The position numbers were made by a program, and so were the translations under genes. Below are positions 1 through 8,797 of a DNA stretch of 64,000 nucleotides, piece after piece (within the stretch, counting starts at the first letter, position 1; each line of letters opens with the position of its first letter). Source of the DNA: Auanema rhodensis (lineage: Eukaryota > Animalia > Nematoda); contig OZ059894.1 in assembly GCA_964057225.1 (NCBI GenBank), forward strand, positions 21,080,001 to 21,144,000, in the 5' to 3' direction. Below the pieces are notes generated by a model. It did not search any database, had not been told where the DNA came from, and saw nothing but the letters and a program-made list of their open reading frames with translations.

Positions 1-1786
1 AAAAAATTTTTGTCAAAATGTTTTTGGAAGCAATGTTGAGTGTACATGGAAACTCAACATACACTAATGCATCATTTTTCAAACGATCATAACTAATTTT
101 TGTATTAAGCGTTTCTCAATGTAGTATAGTGCATTCGATGCGGATTTTTAAGCTGCGTCGTTCTGTGTTATCAGATTTGCGCTAGCTTAAAAATGCACCG
201 AGATATCAACTGATATAAGTTCACACTTATATCCTCGATTTTCACCCTGAAGAATTAATTTTTTCGTTGAATAACATTGTCCATCGTCTTTGCCTTGAAA
301 AAAGGAATCTAAAAACATCTACTTTTTGCTAAATTATCTTGAAATTTTTCGAAAAAATTTTTGTCAAAATGTTTTTGGAAGCAATGTTGAGTGTACATGG
401 AAACTCAACATACACTAATGCATCATTTTTCAAACGATCATAACTAATTTTTGTATTAAGCGTTTCTCAATGTAGTATAGTGCATTCGATGCGGATTTTT
501 AAGCTGCGTCGATCTGTGTTATCAGATTTGCGCTAGCTTAAAAATGCACCGAGATATCAACTGATATAAGTTCACACATATATCCTCGATTTTCACCCTG
601 AAGAATTAATTTTTTCGTTGAATAACATTGTCCATCGTCTTTGCCTTGAAAAAAGGAATCTAAAAACATCTACTTTTTGCTAAATTATCTTGAAATTTTT
701 CGAAAAAATTTTTGTCAAAATGTTTTTGGAAGCAATGTTGAGTGTACATGGAAACTCAACATACACTAATGCATCATTTTTCAAACGATCATAACTAATT
801 TTTGTATTAAGCGTTTCTCAATGTAGTATAGTGCATTCGATGCGGATTTTTAAGCTGCGTCGATCTGTGTTATCAGATTTGCGCTAGCTTAAAAATGCAC
901 CGAGATATCAACTGATATAAGTTCACACATATATCCTCGATTTTCACCCTGAAGAATTAATTTTTTCGTTGAATAACATTGTCCATCGTCTTTGCCTTGA
1001 AAAAAGGAATCTAAAAACATCTACTTTTTGCTAAATTATTTTGAAATTTTTCGAAAAAATTTTTGTCAAAATGTTTTTGGAAGCAATGTTGAGTGTACAT
1101 GGAAACTCAACATACACTAATGCATCATTTTTCAAACGATCATAACTAATTTTTGTATTAAGCGTTTCTCAATGTAGTATAGTGCATTCGATGCGGATTT
1201 TTAAGCTGCGTCGTTCTGTGTTATCAGATTTGCGCTAGCTTAAAAATGCACCGAGATATCAACTGATATAAGTTCACACTTATATCCTCGATTTTCACCC
1301 TGAAGAATTAATTTTTTCGTTGAATAACATTGTCCATCGTCTTTGCCTTGAAAAAAGGAATCTAAAAACATCTACTTTTTGCTAAATTATCTTGAAATTT
1401 TTCGAAAAAATTTTTGTCAAAATGTTTTTGGAAGCAATGTTGAGTGTACATGGAAACTCAACATACACTAATGCATCATTTTTCAAACGATCATAACTAA
1501 TTTTTGTATTAAGCGTTTCTCAATGTAGTATAGTGCATTCGATGCGGATTTTTAAGCTGCGTCGATCTGTGTTATCAGATTTGCGCTAGCTTAAAAATGC
1601 ACCGAGATATCAACTGATATAAGTTCACACATATATCCTCGATTTTCACCCTGAAGAATTAATTTTTTCGTTGAATAACATTGTCCATCGTCTTTGCCTT
1701 GAAAAAAGGAATCTAAAAACATCTACTTTTTGCTAAATTATCTTGAAATTTTTCGAAAAAATTTTTGTCAAAATGTTTTTGGAAGC
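1..1786 (-). repeat. Satellite block in reverse orientation (about 5.1 monomers) with a 3-monomer (1053-bp) variant pattern
   Basis: The sequence is the reverse complement of the downstream monomer (e.g. GGAAGCAATGTTGAGTGTACATGG vs CCATGTACACTCAACATTGCTTCC). The variant states of units 4-5 repeat those of units 1-2 (GTTC/GATC site; T/A at 227, 578, 929, 1280, 1631; C/T at 338, 689, 1040, 1391, 1742). Confidence 0.96.
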
Positions 1787-1793
1787 CAATGTT
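1677..1793. other. Orientation-switch (inversion) junction: AACATTG (1677-1683), 103-bp spacer, CAATGTT (1787-1793)
   Basis: The junction reads ...TTTTTGGAAGC|CAATGTTATTCAACG. The reverse unit would continue GGAAG-CAATGTT-GAG and the forward unit reads GGA-CAATGTT-ATT, so there is a shared 7-bp microhomology plus one extra C. Confidence 0.95.
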
Positions 1794-1832
1794 ATTCAAC
1801 GAAAAAATTAATTCTTCAGGGTGAAAATCGAG

Positions 1833-1863
1833 GATATAAGTGTGAACTTATATCAGTTGATAT
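1833..1863. repeat. Monomer dyad 1 (representative copy): GATATAAG-tgtgaa-CTTATATC, overlapping ATATCA-gt-TGATAT
   Basis: Perfect 8-bp inverted repeat at 1833-1840/1847-1854 and a second 6-bp inverted repeat at 1850-1855/1858-1863. Present in essentially every monomer. Confidence 0.9.
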
Positions 1864-1867
1864 CTCG

Positions 1868-1937
1868 GTGCATTTTTAAGCTAGCGCAAATCTGATAACA
1901 CAGAACGACGCAGCTTAAAAATCCGCATCGAATGCAC
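1868..1937. repeat. Monomer dyad 2 (representative copy): imperfect inverted repeat of about 70 bp
   Basis: ATTTTTAAGCT (1872-1882) and AGCTTAAAAAT (1912-1922) are perfect 11-bp arms. Inner GCG/CGC and ATCTG/CAGAT arms (the latter complete in the GATC allele); outer GTGCAT/ATGCAC arms. Confidence 0.9.
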
Positions 1938-2005
1938 TATACTACATTGAGAAACGCTTAATACAAAAATTAGTTATGATCGTTCGAAAAATGATGCATT
2001 AGTGT

Positions 2006-2033
2006 ATGTTGAGTTTCCATGTACACTCAACAT
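2006..2033. repeat. Monomer dyad 3 (representative copy): ATGTTGAGT-ttccatgtac-ACTCAACAT
   Basis: Perfect 9-bp inverted repeat with a 10-nt loop. An alternative AGTGTA/TACACT pairing overlaps it. Confidence 0.9.
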
Positions 2034-2144
2034 TGCTTCCAAAAACATTTTGACAAAAATTTTTTCGAAAAATTTCAAAATAATTTAGCAAAAAGTAGAT
2101 GTTTTTAGATTCCTTTTTTCAAGGCAAAGACGATGGACAATGTT
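2029..2144. repeat. Monomer dyad 4 (representative copy): nested inverted repeats around an A/T-tract region
   Basis: AACATTG (2029-2035)/CAATGTT (2138-2144); AAAAACAT (2041-2048)/ATGTTTTT (2099-2106); ATTTTG/CAAAAT arms around the 12-bp palindrome TTTTTCGAAAAA (2061-2072). Confidence 0.8.
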
Positions 2145-2244
2145 ATTCAACGAAAAAATTAATTCTTCAGGGTGAAAATCGAGGATATAAGTGTGAACTT
2201 ATATCAGTTGATATCTCGGTGCATTTTTAAGCTAGCGCAAATCT

Positions 2245-2368
2245 GATAACTCAGAACGACGCAGCTTAAAAATCCGCATCGAATGCACTATACTACATTG
2301 AGAAACGATAACACAGAACGACGCAGCTTAAAAATCCGCATCGAATGCACTATACTACATTGAGAAAC
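2245..2368 (+). repeat. 62-bp intra-monomer tandem duplication (413-bp monomer)
   Basis: GATAAC(T/A)CAGAACGACGC...CATTGAGAAAC occurs at 2245-2306 and 2307-2368. Monomer starts 2138 and 2551 are 413 bp apart (351+62). Confidence 0.95.
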
Positions 2369-5300
2369 GCTTAATACAAAAATTAGTTATGATCGTTTGA
2401 AAAATGATGCATTAGTGTATGTTGAGTTTCCATGTACACTCAACATTGCTTCCAAAAACATTTTGACAAAAATTTTTTCGAGAAATTTCAAAATAATTTA
2501 GCAAAAAGTAGATGTTTTTAGATTCCTTTTTTCAAGGCAAAGACGATGGACAATGTTATTCAACGAAAAAATTAATTCTTCAGGGTGAAAATCGAGGATA
2601 TAAGTGTGAACTTATATCAGTTGATATCTCGGTGCATTTTTAAGCTAGCGCAAATCTGATAACACAGATCGACGCAGCTTAAAAATCCGCATCGAATGCA
2701 CTATACTACATTGAGAAACGCTTAATACAAAAATTAGTTATGATCGTTTGAAAAATGATGCATTAGTGTATGTTGAGTTTCCATGTACACTCAACATTGC
2801 TTCCAAAAACATTTTGACAAAAATTTTTTCGAAAAATTTCAAAATAATTTAGCAAAAAGTAGATGTTTTTAGATTCCTTTTTTTAAGGCAAAGACGATGG
2901 ACAATGTTATTCAACGAAAAAATTAATTCTTCAGGGTGAAAATCGAGGATATAAGTGTGAACTTATATCAGTTGATATCTCGGTGCATTTTTAAGCTAGC
3001 GCAAATCTGATAACACAGATCGACGCAGCTTAAAAATCCGCATCGAATGCACTATACTACATTGAGAAACGCTCAATACAAAAATTAGTTATGATCGTTT
3101 GAAAAATGATGCATTAGTGTATGTTGAGTTTCCATGTACACTCAACATTGCTTCCAAAAACATTTTGACAAAAATTTTTTCGAGAAATTTCAAAATAATT
3201 TAGCAAAAAGTAGATGTTTTTAGATTCCTTTTTTCAAGGCAAAGACGATGGACAATGTTATTCAACGAAAAAATTAATTCTTCAGGGTGAAAATCGAGGA
3301 TATAAGTGTGAACTTATATCAGTTGATATCTCGGTGCATTTTTAAGCTAGCGCAAATCTGATAACACAGAACGACGCAGCTTAAAAATTCGCATCGAATG
3401 CACCATACTACATTGAAAAACGCTTAATACAAAAATTAGTTATGATCGTTTGAAAAATGATGCATTAGTGTATGTTGAGTTTCCATGTACACTCAACATT
3501 GCTTCCAAAAACATTTTGACAAAAATTTTTTCGAGAAATTTCAAAATAATTTAGCAAAAAGTAGATGTTTTTAGATTCCTTTTTTCAAGGCAAAGACGAT
3601 GGACAATGTTATTCAACGAAAAAATTAATTCTTCAGGGTGAAAATCGAGGATATAAGTGTGAACTTATATCAGTTGATATCTCGGTGCATTTTTAAGCTA
3701 GCGCAAATCTGATAACACAGATCGACGCAGCTTAAAAATCCGCATCGAATGCACTATACTACATTGAGAAACGCTTGATACAAAAATTAGTTATGATCGT
3801 TTGAAAAATGATGCATTAGTGTATGTTGAGTTTCCATGTACACTCAACATTGCTTCCAAAAACATTTTGACAAAAATTTTTTCGAAAAATTTCAAAATAA
3901 TTTAGCAAAAAGTAGATGTTTTTAGATTCCTTTTTTCAAGGCAAAGACGATGGACAATGTTATTCAACGAAAAAATTAATTCTTCAGGGTGAAAATCGAG
4001 GATATAAGTGTGAACTTATATCAGTTGATATCTCGGTGCATTTTTAAGCTAGCGCAAATCTGATAACACAGATCGACGCAGCTTAAAAATCCGCATCGAA
4101 TGCACTATACTACATTGAGAAACGCTCAATACAAAAATTAGTTATGATCGTTTGAAAAATGATGCATTAGTGTATGTTGAGTTTCCATGTACACTCAACA
4201 TTGCTTCCAAAAACATTTTGACAAAAATTTTTTCGAGAAATTTCAAAATAATTTAGCAAAAAGTAGATGTTTTTAGATTCCTTTTTTCAAGGCAAAGACG
4301 ATGGACAATGTTATTCAACGAAAAAATTAATTCTTCAGGGTGAAAATCGAGGATATAAGTGTGAACTTATATCAGTTGATATCTCGGTGCATTTTTAAGC
4401 TAGCGCAAATCTGATAACACAGAACGACGCAGCTTAAAAATTCGCATCGAATGCACCATACTACATTGAAAAACGCTTAATACAAAAATTAGTTATGATC
4501 GTTTGAAAAATGATGCATTAGTGTATGTTGAGTTTCCATGTACACTCAACATTGCTTCCAAAAACATTTTGACAAAAATTTTTTCGAGAAATTTCAAAAT
4601 AATTTAGCAAAAAGTAGATGTTTTTAGATTCCTTTTTTCAAGGCAAAGACGATGGACAATGTTATTCAACGAAAAAATTAATTCTTCAGGGTGAAAATCG
4701 AGGATATAAGTGTGAACTTATATCAGTTGATATCTCGGTGCATTTTTAAGCTAGCGCAAATCTGATAACACAGATCGACGCAGCTTAAAAATCCGCATCG
4801 AATGCACTATACTACATTGAGAAACGCTTAATACAAAAATTAGTTATGATCGTTTGAAAAATGATGCATTAGTGTATGTTGAGTTTCCATGTACACTCAA
4901 CATTGCTTCCAAAAACATTTTGACAAAAATTTTTTCGAAAAATTTCAAAATAATTTAGCAAAAAGTAGATGTTTTTAGATTCCTTTTTTCAAGGCAAAGA
5001 CGATGGACAATGTTATTCAACGAAAAAATTAATTCTTCAGGGTGAAAATCGAGGATATAAGTGTGAACTTATATCAGTTGATATCTCGGTGCATTTTTAA
5101 GCTAGCGCAAATCTGATAACACAGAACGACGCAGCTTAAAAATTCGCATCGAATGCACCATACTACATTGAAAAACGCTTAATACAAAAATTAGTTATGA
5201 TCGTTTGAAAAATGATGCATTAGTGTATGTTGAGTTTCCATGTACACTCAACATTGCTTCCAAAAACATTTTGACAAAAATTTTTTCGAGAAATTTCAAA

Positions 5301-8300
5301 ATAATTTAGCAAAAAGTAGATGTTTTTAGATTCCTTTTTTCAAGGCAAAGACGATGGACAATGTTATTCAACGAAAAAATTAATTCTTCAGGGTGAAAAT
5401 CGAGGATATAAGTGTGAACTTATATCAGTTGATATCTCGGTGCATTTTTAAGCTAGCGCAAATCTGATAACACAGATCGACGCAGCTTAAAAATCCGCAT
5501 CGAATGCACTATACTACATTGAGAAACGCTTAATACAAAAATTAGTTATGATCGTTTGAAAAATGATGCATTAGTGTATGTTGAGTTTCCATGTACACTC
5601 AACATTGCTTCCAAAAACATTTTGACAAAAATTTTTTCGAAAAATTTCAAAATAATTTAGCAAAAAGTAGATGTTTTTAGATTCCTTTTTTCAAGGCAAA
5701 GACGATGGACAATGTTATTCAACGAAAAAATTAATTCTTCAGGGTGAAAATCGAGGATATAAGTGTGAACATATATCAGTTGATATCTCGGTGCATTTTT
5801 AAGCTAGCGCAAATCTGATAACACAGAACGACGCAGCTTAAAAATCCGCATCGAATGCACTATACTACATTGAGAAACGCTTAATACAAAAATTAGTTAT
5901 GATCGTTTGAAAAATGATGCATTAGTGTACGTTGAGTTTCCATGTACACTCAACATTGCTTCCAAAAACATTTTGACAAAAATTTTTTCGAGAAATTTCA
6001 AAATAATTTAGCAAAAAGTAGATGTTTTTAGATTCCTTTTTTCAAGGCAAAGACGATGGACAATGTTATTCAACGAAAAAATTAATTCTTCAGGGTGAAA
6101 ATCGAGGATATAAGTGTGAACTTATATCAGTTGATATCTCGGTGCATTTTCAAGCTAGCGCAAATCTGATAACACAGATCGACGCAGCTTAAAAATCCGC
6201 ATCGAATGCACTATACTACATTGAGAAACGCTTAATACAAAAATTAGTTATGATCGTTTGAAAAATGATGCATTAGTGTATGTTGAGTTTCCATGTACAC
6301 TCAACATTGCTTCCAAAAACATTTTGACAAAAATTTTTTCGAAAAATTTCGAAATAATTTAGCAAAAAGTAGATGTTTTTAGATTCCTTTTTTCAAGGCA
6401 AAGACGATGGACAATGTTATTCAACGAAAAAATTAATTCTTCAGGGTGAAAATCGAGGATATAAGTGTGAACTTATATCAGTTGATATCTCGGTGCATTT
6501 TTAAGCTAGCGCAAATCTGATAACACAGAACGACGCAGCTTAAAAATCCGCATCGAATGCACTATACTACATTGAGAAACGCTTGATACAAAAATTAGTT
6601 ATGATCGTTTGAAAAATGATGCATTAGTGTATGTTGAGTTTCCATGTACACTCAACATTGCTTCCAAAAACATTTTGACAAAAATTTTTTCGAGAAATTT
6701 CAAAATAATTTAGCGAAAAGTAGATGTTTTTAGATTCCTTTTTTCAAGGCAAAGACGATGGACAATGTTATTCAACGAAAAAATTAATTCTTCAGGGTGA
6801 AAATCGAGGATATAAGTGTGAACTTATATCAGTTGATATCTCGGTGCATTTTTAAGCTAGCGCAAATCTGATAACACAGATCGACGCAGCTTAAAAATCC
6901 GCATCGAATGCACTATACTACATTGAGAAACGCTTAATACAAAAATTAGTTATGATCGTTTGAAAAATGATGCATTAGTGTATGTTGAGTTTCCATGTAC
7001 ACTCAACATTGCTTCCAAAAACATTTTGACAAAAATTTTTTCGAAAAATTTCAAAATACTTTAGCAAAAAGTAGATGTTTTTAGATTCCTTTTTTCAAGG
7101 CAAAGACGATGGACAATGTTATTCAACGAAAAAATTAATTCTTCAGGGTGAAAATCGAGGATATAAGTGTGAACTTATATCAGTTGATATCTCGGTGCAT
7201 TTTTAAGCTAGCGCAAATCTGATAACACAGATCGACGCAGCTTAAAAATCCGCATCGAATGCACTATACTACATTGAGAAACGCTTAATACAAAAATTAG
7301 TTATGATCGTTTGAAAAATGATGCATTAGTGTATGTTGAGTTTCCATGTACACTCAACATTGCTTCCAAAAACATTTTGACAAAAATTTTTTCGAGAAAT
7401 TTCAAAATAATTTAGCAAAAAGTAGATGTTTTTAGATTCCTTTTTTCAAGGCAAAGACGATGGACAATGTTATTCAACGAAAAAATTAATTCTTCAGGGT
7501 GAAAATCGAGGATATAAGTGTGAACTTATATCAGTTGATATCTCGGTGCATTTTTAAGCTAGCGCAAATCTGATAACACAGAACGACGCAGCTTAAAAAT
7601 CCGCATCGAATGCACTATACTACATTGAGAAACGCTTGATACAAAAATTAGTTATGATCGTTTGAAAAATGATGCATTAGTGTATGTTGAGTTTCCATGT
7701 ACACTCAACATTGCTTCCAAAAACATTTTGACAAAAATTTTTTCGAGAAATTTCAAAATAATTTAGCGAAAAGTAGATGTTTTTAGATTCCTTTTTTCAA
7801 GGCAAAGACGATGGACAATGTTATTCAACGAAAAAATTAATTCTTCAGGGTGAAAATCGAGGATATAAGTGTGAACTTATATCAGTTGATATCTCGGTGC
7901 ATTTTTAAGCTAGCGCAAATCTGATAACACAGATCGACGCAGCTTAAAAATCCGCATCGAATGCACTATACTACATTGAGAAACGCTTAATACAAAAATT
8001 AGTTATGATCGTTTGAAAAATGATGCATTAGTGTATGTTGAGTTTCCATGTACACTCAACATTGCTTCCAAAAACATTTTGACAAAAATTTTTTCGAAAA
8101 ATTTCAAAATAATTTAGCAAAAAGTAGATGTTTTTAGATTCCTTTTTTCAAGGCAAAGACGATGGACAATGTTATTCAACGAAAAAATTAATTCTTCAGG
8201 GTGAAAATCGAGGATATAAGTGTGAACTTATATCAGTTGATATCTCGGTGCATTTTTAAGCTAGCGCAAATCTGATAACACAGAACGACGCAGCTTAAAA

Positions 8301-8797
8301 ATTCGCATCGAATGCACTATACTACATTGAAAAACGCTTAATACAAAAATTAGTTATGATCGTTTGAAAAATGATGCATTAGTGTATGTTGAGTTTCCAT
8401 GTACACTCAACATTGCTTCCAAAAACATTTTGACAAAAATTTTTTCGAGAAATTTCAAAATAATTTAGCAAAAAGTAGATGTTTTTAGATTCCTTTATTC
8501 AAGGCAAAGACGATGGACAATGTTATTCAACGAAAAAATTAATTCTTCAGGGTGAAAATCGAGGATATAAGTGTGAACTTATATCAGTTGATATCTCGGT
8601 GCATTTTTAAGCTAGCGCAAATCTGATAACACAGATCGACGCAGCTTAAAAATCCGCATCGAATGCACTATACTACATTGAGAAACGCTTAATACAAAAA
8701 TTAGTTATGATCGTTTGAAAAATGATGCATTAGTGTATGTTGAGTTTCCATGTACACTCAACATTGCTTCCAAAAACATTTTGACAAAAAGTTTTTC

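Noticed and set aside
1677-1793. Orientation switch as a fold-back sequencing or assembly artefact
   Set aside because: The mirrored arms carry different consistent variants and the join uses a monomer-internal microhomology, which argues against a self-chimeric read. It is not fully excluded without read support.
1833-2033. Rho-independent terminators or promoters suggested by the hairpins and TATAAG/TATACT words
   Set aside because: There are no genes to regulate, the stems are AT-rich and lack a proper adjacent U-tract, and such words are expected by chance at about 69% AT.
2061-2080. CENP-B box
   Set aside because: TTCG is present, but the required downstream CGGG of the TTCG-N4-A-N2-CGGG pattern is absent.
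1787-2137. Tandem RNA gene cluster (5S rRNA, tRNA, snRNA, spliced leader)
   Set aside because: I recognise no 5S, tRNA cloverleaf/A-B box or snRNA sequence. An Infernal/Rfam search would be needed to exclude an unusual ncRNA formally.
1787-2137. Assignment to a named satellite of similar length (Drosophila 1.688/359-bp family, ~350-360-bp beetle satellites, alpha-satellite dimer)
   Set aside because: Only the length and AT-richness are similar. I cannot recognise sequence identity, and I see no clear internal ~175-bp dimer structure. A database search is required.
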